64,000 bases of DNA from Escherichia phage vB_EcoM_G17, in sequence record MK327931.1. The stretch is one strand, 5' to 3'. Within the stretch, counting starts at the first letter, position 1. Each line of letters starts with the position of its first letter. Position numbers and translations under genes: made by a program. Under the pieces are notes generated by a model, which did not search any database, was not told where the DNA came from, and was given only the letters and a program-made list of their open reading frames with translations. Positions 57,457 through 64,000 of the stretch are shown here, piece after piece.

Positions 57457-57676
57457 GTATCTTTTCCTTTATAGAGAATTTAAGATATCGAAGCATACTT
57501 TCAATGTAATACTCTTGTCTGTCAGTGCCAAGAAAGTACATGAGTTGAATGTATAAAACTTCTGCACTCCTTTCCGCTGGAGACTTGTTTGTGTCGTTTG
57601 GAAGTTGATTTGTATGTTTTCTTGATTTAATTAGTCGTTCTTTTAACTCATCGTCTGTTAAGTATTTCATTTTCAT
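57425..57676 (-). CDS. LGTNYQE-family small protein
   Basis: 83 aa; 'PAERSAEVLYIQLMYFLGTDRQEYY'. Confidence 0.55.
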   Translation of the reverse strand: MKMKYLTDDELKERLIKSRKHTNQLPNDTNKSPAERSAEVLYIQLMYFLGTDRQEYYIESMLRYLKFSIKEKIHDQVFKNPNS

Positions 57677-57902
57677 TTACTTTTTCCTTAATAGTGATTT
57701 TAAGATATCTAATCATACGTGCAACATATTCCTCTTGTCTATCAGTTCCCAGAAGATATGGTAGTGATTGGAATAATACTTCTGCACTCCTTTCTGCTGG
57801 GGTTTGGTTTAGGTCAATTGGACGTTTATTGGTATATCTCTTGGCACGAACTAATCTCTCGACGTATTCATTATAGGTTAAGTATATCATTTCATTTTGC
57901 AT
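57648..57902 (-). CDS. LGTNYQE-family small protein
   Basis: 84 aa; 'PAERSAEVLFQSLPYLLGTDRQEEY' (close to the preceding copy). Confidence 0.55.
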   Translation of the reverse strand: MQNEMIYLTYNEYVERLVRAKRYTNKRPIDLNQTPAERSAEVLFQSLPYLLGTDRQEEYVARMIRYLKITIKEKVNENEILNRR

Positions 57903-58122
57903 TTACTTTTTCCTTAATACTCATTATAAGATGTTCAATCATATTTTGAACCATAAATTCTTGTTTATCAGTTCCAAGAACGTATGGTAGCTTCTGAAAC
58001 AATACATTTGCAGATACTTCAGATATTGATTGATTTGGAACGAACTTAAGAGTAATGTTTTTGGTTTTTAACATCTTCTCTTGAAATTCTTCATTCGTTA
58101 AGTATATCATTTCATTTTGCAT
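57892..58122 (-). CDS. LGTNYQE-family small protein
   Basis: 76 aa; 'YVLGTDKQEF'. Confidence 0.55.
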   Translation of the reverse strand: MQNEMIYLTNEEFQEKMLKTKNITLKFVPNQSISEVSANVLFQKLPYVLGTDKQEFMVQNMIEHLIMSIKEKVNAK

Positions 58123-58338
58123 TTACATTCTCTCATATATATTTTGGGTTAAAAGGTCAATCCAGATTTCCACATATCGTTGTTGGTGTTGCGTCCCTAA
58201 CAGTACACCCAACTTAGCTTCACACTCTAATAACAATCTGGTTTTGTATGGTAGACTTTGGAATCCTATAGTAGCATCTAATTTGGTAATTGCATAGTTG
58301 ATTCGGATGAATCTTTCTTGCAATGTGATGTTGTTCAT
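58123..58338 (-). CDS. LGTNYQE-family small protein
   Basis: 71 aa; 'VLLGTQHQQR'. Confidence 0.55.
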   Translation of the reverse strand: MNNITLQERFIRINYAITKLDATIGFQSLPYKTRLLLECEAKLGVLLGTQHQQRYVEIWIDLLTQNIYERM

Positions 58339-58625
58339 TTCTTAGTACACCTCAGTGGTTGGGTCATTTGATAAAAGTACAGCTTACCTTTGATTTCCAG
58401 TAGTAACTCCGCGATTAAGCGATTTACTTCTGTATCTTGATAGTTTGTTCCTAAGAATACACCCATCTTTAACTCACGCATCATAATCATTTTCTTACTG
58501 TGTTGAATTTCTGGGTTGTGATAGATTGTATTACGTTTGTGCGTAATTTTTGTCATACGCTCGGTATATTCATCTTTACTTAAATTGATCATTTGCATGT
58601 TCATCAACCTCACATTTATTTTCAA
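58335..58625 (-). CDS. LGTNYQE-family small protein
   Basis: 96 aa; 'VFLGTNYQDT'. Confidence 0.55.
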   Translation of the reverse strand: MKINVRLMNMQMINLSKDEYTERMTKITHKRNTIYHNPEIQHSKKMIMMRELKMGVFLGTNYQDTEVNRLIAELLLEIKGKLYFYQMTQPLRCTKK

Positions 58626-58627
58626 TA

Positions 58628-58894
58628 CTATTCTTTAGTTTGTAGATATAGTTTTCTTCCAATGTATCTCTTAAGTGCGATTATGTATTCATCTACATAA
58701 TACTCCTGATAGTTTGTTCCTATGAATGCACCCACCTTTAACTCAAGTTTCATAATCATCTTATTTCCGTGTTTAATGACTTCTCCGTGATGGATTTCAT
58801 TAAGTCCAGGTGCAATTTTCACCAGGCGTTCTTTATATTTTGCTTGAGATAATTTAATCATTTTCATGTTAATTACCCTTACATTTATTTTCAA
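58628..58894 (-). CDS. LGTNYQE-family small protein
   Basis: 88 aa; 'AFIGTNYQEY'. Confidence 0.55.
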   Translation of the reverse strand: MKINVRVINMKMIKLSQAKYKERLVKIAPGLNEIHHGEVIKHGNKMIMKLELKVGAFIGTNYQEYYVDEYIIALKRYIGRKLYLQTKE

Positions 58895-59099
58895 TACTAT
58901 TCATGAGTTCTATAAGATAGTTTTCTACCTTACCTTCCTGATAGTTAGTCCCTAGGAAGTTGCACAACACGGCTTCTATGATTTTGATTTTCCTGATATC
59001 AGGCTTCAATCTTTTGTTATTGAATATTTGAATCCTTATATCTCTGGATGCATTTAAACGTTTTTGATATTCATGGTAAGTTAAATGAATCATTTTCAT
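58869..59099 (-). CDS. LGTNYQE-family small protein
   Basis: 76 aa; 'NFLGTNYQEG'. Confidence 0.55.
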   Translation of the reverse strand: MKMIHLTYHEYQKRLNASRDIRIQIFNNKRLKPDIRKIKIIEAVLCNFLGTNYQEGKVENYLIELMNSIENKCKGN

Positions 59100-59314
59100 T
59101 TACGTTTAACCTCTCGCTGGAGGGCATCAATTAACATCAGTACAGCATTCTCTTGATAGTTTGTTCCTAAGACTGAAAGCATCTTTATCTCATTTACTAA
59201 AATCAACTTCTTTGAGGGTTCAATAATGTGACTATCATAAACGGCCTTACGTGCTGGATAAGTTTTCGCCAGTATAACATAAAATTCGTCTTTACTTAAA
59301 TTAATCATTTGCAT
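59096..59314 (-). CDS. LGTNYQE-family small protein
   Basis: 72 aa; 'SVLGTNYQEN'. Confidence 0.55.
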   Translation of the reverse strand: MQMINLSKDEFYVILAKTYPARKAVYDSHIIEPSKKLILVNEIKMLSVLGTNYQENAVLMLIDALQREVKRK

Positions 59315-59523
59315 TTACTTTTAACCTCTTTCTGTAGAGCGTCAATCCATAGATCTACATACATTTGTTGATAGTTTGTGCCTAAGAGTGCACCTACATA
59401 GAGTTCAGTTACTAGTGCGTGCTTAAGGTTAGCTTGGATGCTCTTATCGCTTGATATCATTCTCCTTCTGCTTCCACATGTTTTCAGGAGTCTGATGTAT
59501 TCAAAGCCTTGTAAATTTCTCAT
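59305..59523 (-). CDS. LGTNYQE-family small protein
   Basis: 72 aa; 'ALLGTNYQQM'. Confidence 0.55.
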   Translation of the reverse strand: MRNLQGFEYIRLLKTCGSRRRMISSDKSIQANLKHALVTELYVGALLGTNYQQMYVDLWIDALQKEVKSKCK

Positions 59524-59735
59524 ATTTTGGATACCACCTTGTTACGTAAGGAACTTAATAATACGTCAGTGTAGATGTTTTGATAGTTTGTCCCTACGAA
59601 TACACCCAACTTCATTTCAGCTATTATAACACATTTGTCCTCTTGTGCAATAGATTTGTTTAACACAATACTATACACTTTTGATTTGATAGTTTGTAAC
59701 CTCCAATGATACTGATACTCATTAAGGATTATCAT
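59520..59735 (-). CDS. LGTNYQE-family small protein
   Basis: 71 aa; 'VFVGTNYQNI'. Confidence 0.55.
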   Translation of the reverse strand: MIILNEYQYHWRLQTIKSKVYSIVLNKSIAQEDKCVIIAEMKLGVFVGTNYQNIYTDVLLSSLRNKVVSKI

Positions 59736-59982
59736 TCTCTTTCCTCCAGATTTCGGTTCTCATGTGTTGGCAGTGTGCATCAATATATTGCTCTATCGAT
59801 CTGGCGATTGCTGTTTTATCAGTGCCTGTCATCAGTACAAGCATCTCGGCCTCACAGTGAAGTAAACGCATGATATCATAGGGTAATATTTCAGATACCG
59901 TGTCATAGTGTTTCTGTGCCAGTGTCTGCAATAGTTTACAATACATTTTGTGATTTAGTCTTTGTCGCATTGTTTCTTCCAT
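59722..59982 (-). CDS. small protein, divergent LGTNYQE-family member
   Basis: 86 aa; 'LVLMTGTDKTAI' in the equivalent position. Confidence 0.45.
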   Translation of the reverse strand: MEETMRQRLNHKMYCKLLQTLAQKHYDTVSEILPYDIMRLLHCEAEMLVLMTGTDKTAIARSIEQYIDAHCQHMRTEIWRKENDNP

Positions 59983-60227
59983 TCTCTTCTGGCTTGGCGG
60001 GTTTTATCTGATATTTCGTTTCTCAATGCAGAGATATATCGTAGAGTGAACAGTTCTTGATAGTTAGTCCCTATGAATTTATTAAGATATACATCAGCGT
60101 TGACGATATCAGCTTCACGGGAATTATAAAGTTTATTGTTAGTGCGAAGGGTGTTTAGAAGAGAGAAGAGGGCAGTCTGATACTCAGTGCTTGATAAAGT
60201 TTTCATATTTTTCCACAATTCGTTCAT
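59955..60227 (-). CDS. LGTNYQE-family small protein
   Basis: 90 aa; 'KFIGTNYQEL'. Confidence 0.55.
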   Translation of the reverse strand: MNELWKNMKTLSSTEYQTALFSLLNTLRTNNKLYNSREADIVNADVYLNKFIGTNYQELFTLRYISALRNEISDKTRQARREWKKQCDKD

Positions 60228-60441
60228 TTAGTTTTATCTGTATAAGATCCATTAGTTGTTCAAGATAATCGGTACAATATTTCTCTTGATATTGGGTTCC
60301 CACAAAGTACAGCAACCATAGCTCATGAACTTTAACTTTCATCTCGTTCCATGAAAGTGCATCGTCATCGTAGATTACTCTTGCTTCTGGGGTGAGCTTT
60401 CGAATTCTAAGTGAATATTCATCGTCCGTCAAGTGTTTCAT
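60184..60441 (-). CDS. LGTNYQE-family small protein
   Basis: 85 aa; 'YFVGTQYQEK'. Confidence 0.55.
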   Translation of the reverse strand: MKHLTDDEYSLRIRKLTPEARVIYDDDALSWNEMKVKVHELWLLYFVGTQYQEKYCTDYLEQLMDLIQIKLNERIVEKYENFIKH

Positions 60442-60596
60442 TTACATTTATCCCTTATTAGATTTGTGAGTGCAACTATGTGTTCATGGATATAAAAATT
60501 TTGATGAGAAGTTCCAAGAAAGTACAGCATCCATCCCTCACTCTGCTCGACTTCTAGTTTAGTATCGAGTTGGTCAGATATGTTAATGAAAACCAT
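60438..60596 (-). CDS. LGTNYQE-family small protein (52 aa, below track cutoff)
   Basis: My translation: 'MVFINISDQLDTKLEVEQSEGWMLYFLGTSHQNFYIHEHIVALTNLIRDKCK'; fills the 60.44-60.60 kb gap; ATGA / TAATG overlaps with neighbours. Confidence 0.4.
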   Translation of the reverse strand: MVFINISDQLDTKLEVEQSEGWMLYFLGTSHQNFYIHEHIVALTNLIRDKCK

Positions 60597-60853
60597 TAGT
60601 TCTTTTCCTTTCTTTCTATTTGTTTCATAAGAACATCGATATACTCACCCGCAAACCTATTCTGATACTGCGTCCCCATGAATTCCAACATCCATACTTC
60701 AGCAACCTTTTCTTCAATTTCAGTCCATTGTAAGTACATCATAGTGAAGTAAATGGTGTTCTCTTTTTTTCTGGCACTCTTAGCACGGGCCTCGTATTCA
60801 AAGTTATTAATGATGTTCATTACATTTGTCCATAATGTAATTCTTGAGTGCAA
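60596..60853 (-). CDS. LGTNYQE-family small protein
   Basis: 85 aa; 'EFMGTQYQNR'; start may be internal. Confidence 0.5.
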   Translation of the reverse strand: MHSRITLWTNVMNIINNFEYEARAKSARKKENTIYFTMMYLQWTEIEEKVAEVWMLEFMGTQYQNRFAGEYIDVLMKQIERKEKN

Positions 60854-61034
60854 CTATGTGTGCAATAACATACTCTTCCTGGAAGTTCGTCCCCAGTACA
60901 GCCAACATGCGTACATCGGTGGTGTTTATCTTGTGTTCCAATCGAGTTAAACCTTTTATTTGTAAAAGGGTATCGTATTTGTTTAATGCATCAATGATAA
61001 TTCTCATCTTCTCAATATTACTTAAATGTTTCAT
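60807..61034 (-). CDS. LGTNYQE-family small protein
   Basis: 75 aa; 'AVLGTNFQEE'. Confidence 0.55.
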   Translation of the reverse strand: MKHLSNIEKMRIIIDALNKYDTLLQIKGLTRLEHKINTTDVRMLAVLGTNFQEEYVIAHIVALKNYIMDKCNEHH

Positions 61035-61243
61035 AGTTTACTCTTAATGTAGTTCTGAAGTTCAATTAAGTATTTCCCTACATAATACTCCTGAAAGTCT
61101 GTATCCAAAAATGCACCCAAAAGTAAATCCTTCTCCATTGCCCTTGATAAGTTAAGGTCTGCATTTGAAAGGTATATAAGTAATATTTCAGTCTGGACAG
61201 AATTAAAACGTTTCTTATATTCTTCAGGTGTTAATATAATCAT
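61031..61243 (-). CDS. LGTNYQE-family small protein
   Basis: 70 aa; 'LNLSRAMEKDLLLGAFLDTDFQEYY'. Confidence 0.55.
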   Translation of the reverse strand: MIILTPEEYKKRFNSVQTEILLIYLSNADLNLSRAMEKDLLLGAFLDTDFQEYYVGKYLIELQNYIKSKL

Positions 61244-61455
61244 AATTTGCTCCTGATGTATTTCTCAAGAGATGACAAATACTTTTCCTCATAATACTCC
61301 TGATAGTCTGTTCCCAAGAATGCACCCATAAGTATTTCATTTTCCAATACCTCGGCTAAGTTTAAATCAGACGTCTCTTCGTATATTATGAGGATTTCAA
61401 GTTGTCTGGCAGCGATGCGTTCAGTATATTGATATGAGTTTTCTATAATAATCAT
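61240..61455 (-). CDS. LGTNYQE-family small protein
   Basis: 71 aa; 'LNLAEVLENEILMGAFLGTDYQEYY' (close to the preceding copy). Confidence 0.55.
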   Translation of the reverse strand: MIIIENSYQYTERIAARQLEILIIYEETSDLNLAEVLENEILMGAFLGTDYQEYYEEKYLSSLEKYIRSKL

Positions 61456-61661
61456 ATTTTACTCTTAATATCTTCTATTAAAAATCGAATCCATTCTTCA
61501 ACATAATCTTCCTGATGGTTTGTGTTCAGTACAGCCAACATGCGGATCTCTGCTCTTGCAACTTCAATTTCAGTTTTAGGCAGGTCTTTGCTGATATCCA
61601 CCATTAAGTCCATGTATTTCAAGATAAGACCGTATGATTGGGTTCGTGTTATAGTTTTCAT
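61452..61661 (-). CDS. LGTNYQE-family small protein
   Basis: 69 aa; 'AVLNTNHQED'. Confidence 0.55.
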   Translation of the reverse strand: MKTITRTQSYGLILKYMDLMVDISKDLPKTEIEVARAEIRMLAVLNTNHQEDYVEEWIRFLIEDIKSKI

Positions 61662-61858
61662 TGTTTCCTCGTGGACAATATTTTATTTTTCAATGTATCC
61701 ATATATTGCCACACCCATCTACCCTGATAGTTTGTTCCCAATGTAATCAAAAGGTATAACTCCATTCGTTCTACGTGTGTGTCTGTGTTGTAAATCTTTA
61801 CGTAGTTTTTACGTAACAGTGATTGATATTCTTCTTTATTTAAAATACGCATTTTCAT
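61658..61858 (-). CDS. LGTNYQE-family small protein
   Basis: 66 aa; 'ITLGTNYQGR'. Confidence 0.55.
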   Translation of the reverse strand: MKMRILNKEEYQSLLRKNYVKIYNTDTHVERMELYLLITLGTNYQGRWVWQYMDTLKNKILSTRKQ

Positions 61859-62082
61859 AGTTTACTCGTTATATCTTCAATTAAATACCAAATCCAATCG
61901 TTGACATACCTTTCCTGAAAGTTAGTTCCAATGAATAGTGCCATAATTAATTCACGCTTATAGGCAATACCACGGTCATGGGACTTATACATTATCATAG
62001 CCATGTTATTGATAAGTCTTTCGTGGTGCTGTTCTTTAGTTAAAATACGCATAGGGACTCCCTTAAAATTAATATCAATCAT
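61855..62082 (-). CDS. LGTNYQE-family small protein, first gene of the array
   Basis: 'LFIGTNFQER'; probable start is Met 'MRILTKEQ' at 62052, preceded by RBS AAGGGAG. Confidence 0.5.
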   Translation of the reverse strand: MIDINFKGVPMRILTKEQHHERLINNMAMIMYKSHDRGIAYKRELIMALFIGTNFQERYVNDWIWYLIEDITSKL

Positions 62083-62110
62083 ATTTTATACGATTCATAT
62101 AAAAAGTCAA
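62083..62110 (-). promoter_or_regulatory. candidate sigma70-type promoter heading the LGTNYQE-family array
   Basis: Minus strand: TTGACT (plus 62105-62110) - 16 nt - TAAAAT (plus 62083-62088), ~25 nt upstream of RBS/ATG at 62052. Confidence 0.4.
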
Positions 62111-62203
62111 TAACATTTTATTCGTAATACCCCTTTATCGAAGTCGCTAAGGTTACCCGCCCTTTAGCCCCCTACGCATTTTGCCATAGTCCAATCCCTT
62201 TTA

Positions 62204-62268
62204 TTTCAAAAAAGTCAAGGGATTACCTATGCATTTTTTTAACGCATAATTTTAAAAACGCCTTGACT
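62204..62268. repeat. 13-bp perfect inverted repeat flanking a 38-bp A/T-rich core
   Basis: AAAAAAGTCAAGG (62204-62216) and CCTTGACTTTTTT (62256-62268); nearby triple 'ACGCATT' motif. Possible operator upstream of the array promoter. Confidence 0.4.
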
Positions 62269-62301
62269 TTTTTCTGAATCAGTACTAGATCCCTTTACGC
62301 A

Positions 62302-62511
62302 TTAATCCTTCGTTACGCTAACGATTATCTGTGTATCCCCGTAGTCCTGCCATACTTCCACGCCATCGGTCGCCCTGGTTAGTCGTGCTGTCATCTGCTT
62401 AATGGTCTTAGGCTTTAGTGGAACCTGTTGCAGTACTGTACGCATAGCATCATTGACGTTATCATGTACGCCTGCAATAGTACCTAGAACGCTGTATACT
62501 GTATAGAACAT
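62302..62511 (-). CDS. small hypothetical protein (69 aa)
   Basis: Minus-strand ORF in a locally G+C-richer segment. Confidence 0.45.
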   Translation of the reverse strand: MFYTVYSVLGTIAGVHDNVNDAMRTVLQQVPLKPKTIKQMTARLTRATDGVEVWQDYGDTQIIVSVTKD

Positions 62512-62579
62512 ATGTATGCCCTCCTGATATAGTTAAGGCCGCTACAAGGCGGCCTATGATGTTTGGTGATGTGTAACGC

Positions 62580-62981
62580 TTACAGTCCTAAGATAGTGCG
62601 TGCTTCGTTACGTTCCGTACACAGCTGCATGATGTGAGCAAGTAAGTCCTTGCTAATGTATCCGGTGTTCATAGCTTCACGAATAGATACATCATACGCA
62701 CCGAACCCCGTGCGAACGATACGCACATCATTCAGGTTAGTATTATAGATACCGCCGAGATCAACGGCTTCGAATACTACATCAACAGAATATTCATTGT
62801 TGCCATCGTGGAAGTTTTCCAGTGCAATAGTATTGGATACCGCCCAACGTTTGCAGTTTCCAATGATGCGGCACTGTTCCGGTTGGATAGTACCATTACT
62901 TACAGCGTACTCCAGTGCATCTTTACCAAAAGTCCGAGCCAGTACTAAAACGTCAGCGAAGGAATTGATTGAGAAGGTCAT
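62580..62981 (-). CDS. hypothetical protein (133 aa)
   Basis: Track ORF extends to 63014; RBS AAGGAG sits 8 nt upstream of the internal Met 'MTFSINS' (62981), so that is the likely start. Confidence 0.55.
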   Translation of the reverse strand: MTFSINSFADVLVLARTFGKDALEYAVSNGTIQPEQCRIIGNCKRWAVSNTIALENFHDGNNEYSVDVVFEAVDLGGIYNTNLNDVRIVRTGFGAYDVSIREAMNTGYISKDLLAHIMQLCTERNEARTILGL

Positions 62982-63000
62982 GATAAAACTCCTTAATTTA

Positions 63001-63063
63001 GGAGGGAGAACCATTTCCCCCTCTCTATGTAAAACATTATACTTGATTCTAAGTACTATGCAA
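63001..63063 (-). promoter_or_regulatory. sigma70-type promoter plus conserved leader hairpin (copy 1)
   Basis: Minus strand: TTGCAT (plus 63058-63063) - 16 nt - TATAAT (plus 63036-63041), then conserved 'GTTTTACATAGAG', then hairpin AGGGGG/CUCCCU (plus 63003-63022), then RBS and ATG at 62981. Confidence 0.55.
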
Positions 63064-63070
63064 GTACTTT

Positions 63071-63403
63071 TTACATTTTAATACCTGGATTCAGGTAGCG
63101 GTGAGATCCATATTCTGGATCGGTTTCGGTCCAGTACTGTAAATCGATAGTACCTTTCGCGTTAATCTTGTCTACCAGCTTATTCATCTTAGTGTATACT
63201 ACGTCAGCATCGATGCGTTTAAAGCCAGTAGCTTTAGTGAAGTAGTAGTGATTTGCTTCACTATCATTAAGGATATACCGAGCACCGTTTGCAGTCTGTG
63301 CGATAATGATTGAGTATTCTACTTCCCGATCCAGACCGTCGATGAATACAGATGAAACATTGGTACGGATGAAAGCTTTAACGATAGCGATTGAAGTACT
63401 CAT
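63071..63403 (-). CDS. hypothetical protein (110 aa)
   Basis: Minus-strand ORF; higher local G+C than the paralogue arrays. Confidence 0.55.
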   Translation of the reverse strand: MSTSIAIVKAFIRTNVSSVFIDGLDREVEYSIIIAQTANGARYILNDSEANHYYFTKATGFKRIDADVVYTKMNKLVDKINAKGTIDLQYWTETDPEYGSHRYLNPGIKM

Positions 63404-63649
63404 TTTGAATCTCCTAACTTTGTGGGCCGTCGCACCATTGCCGCCCTACGAGATACATTATTGCAGTACTGATATACTTTGTCAATACTTTTTTTATTAA
63501 TAGTTTTCACCCCACCAGCAGATAGTTACTCACCGTTATTAACTATATATTTTAGATACACTCCTGCACCCAGTGGGCTAGTTTTTGTCTATGCGTATAT
63601 AATAGCAAAGGGACTGACCGGAGTCAATCCCTTTTTTTATTCTTTTTTG

Positions 63650-63850
63650 TTAGATGATTCTCCAATCTTCTACGATCATGGTAAGATAACGGACCATCGA
63701 TTCAAGTGATTCGAATTCCCGATAGTCTGCCGCTCCACCAGCGGTACAAGTACAGCCGATTAAACCATTTTGTAATTCCTTAATCTGTACATCGATAAGG
63801 TTGGCTTTAGCTTCTTTCAGTACTTCAACCAGGGCGATAGCGATAGACAT
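63650..63850 (-). CDS. small hypothetical protein (66 aa)
   Basis: Minus-strand ORF immediately downstream of promoter/leader copy 2. Confidence 0.5.
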   Translation of the reverse strand: MSIAIALVEVLKEAKANLIDVQIKELQNGLIGCTCTAGGAADYREFESLESMVRYLTMIVEDWRII

Positions 63851-63871
63851 AATGTTTTACTCCAAACTATT

Positions 63872-63933
63872 GACGGGAGAACTATTCCCCCGCTCTATGT
63901 AAAACATTATACATTACTGGTTAGTACTGTCAA
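63872..63933 (-). promoter_or_regulatory. sigma70-type promoter plus conserved leader hairpin (copy 2)
   Basis: Minus strand: TTGACA (plus 63928-63933) - 16 nt - TATAAT (plus 63906-63911), same 20-nt 'GTATAATGTTTTACATAGAG' block, hairpin CGGGGG/CUCCCG (plus 63874-63892) with compensatory closing pair versus copy 1. Confidence 0.6.
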
Positions 63934-64000
63934 ATAGTTTTATGAAATATCTTCGATGTAGTCGGCCCATTTCATTTTTTCAGTACTGTCAATGGCTACC

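Noticed and set aside
53941-62082. Possible CRISPR array suggested by the regular ~220-bp periodicity.
   Set aside because: The periodicity comes from tandem protein-coding paralogues with open reading frames throughout. There are no short identical direct repeats separated by unique spacers and no cas genes.
63001-63042. The conserved 20-nt block as a T4-type late promoter.
   Set aside because: The box reads TATAATG rather than the late consensus TATAAATA, and it is accompanied by a good -35 hexamer at 16-nt spacing, which fits a host sigma70-type early promoter better.
1100-63709. All plus-strand ORFs in the track (e.g. 1100..1402, 3078..3335, 3578..3904, 5073..5354, 8775..9080, 11289..11642, 16705..16944, 22798..23067, 28658..29051, 44599..45051, 57694..57949, 63306..63709).
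   Set aside because: Each lies antisense to a better-supported minus-strand gene, is low-complexity (Ile/Phe/Asn-rich, as expected from reading AT-rich DNA out of frame) and has no family or motif support.

Overview
This window reads as an early/accessory region of an AT-rich (about one-third G+C by eye) tailed phage of the T4 superfamily. Essentially every gene is on the minus strand, tightly packed, often with ATGA/TAATG start-stop overlaps. Recognisable functions are few: T4 gp30-like DNA ligase, T4 RnlA-like RNA ligase 1, T4 PseT-like polynucleotide kinase/phosphatase, a ClpP-like protease, two calcineurin-type metallophosphoesterases, an NMNAT-like nucleotidyltransferase and a small NPPY-motif DNA adenine methyltransferase. 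The rest is hypothetical small ORFs. I found no rRNA, tRNA, CRISPR array, integrase or transposase. Three things stand out as candidates for undescribed biology. First, about 50 tandem paralogues (27.0-55.7 kb) share an acidic-aromatic 'EExFQxS(T/L)V' motif ('FQxS family' below). Second, about 30 tandem paralogues of 70-90 aa (53.9-62.1 kb) share an 'LGTNYQE' motif ('LGTNYQE family'). Third, the palindromic hexamer AGTACT appears roughly ten-fold over-represented across the window and in all coding frames. Two smaller families also recur: an N-terminal 'IQFTYK' family (17.8-19.9 kb) and scattered ~85-100 aa proteins with a 'KYxGKxV' motif. All family assignments, motif tallies and base-composition estimates were made by eye from the supplied translations and sequence, not computed.
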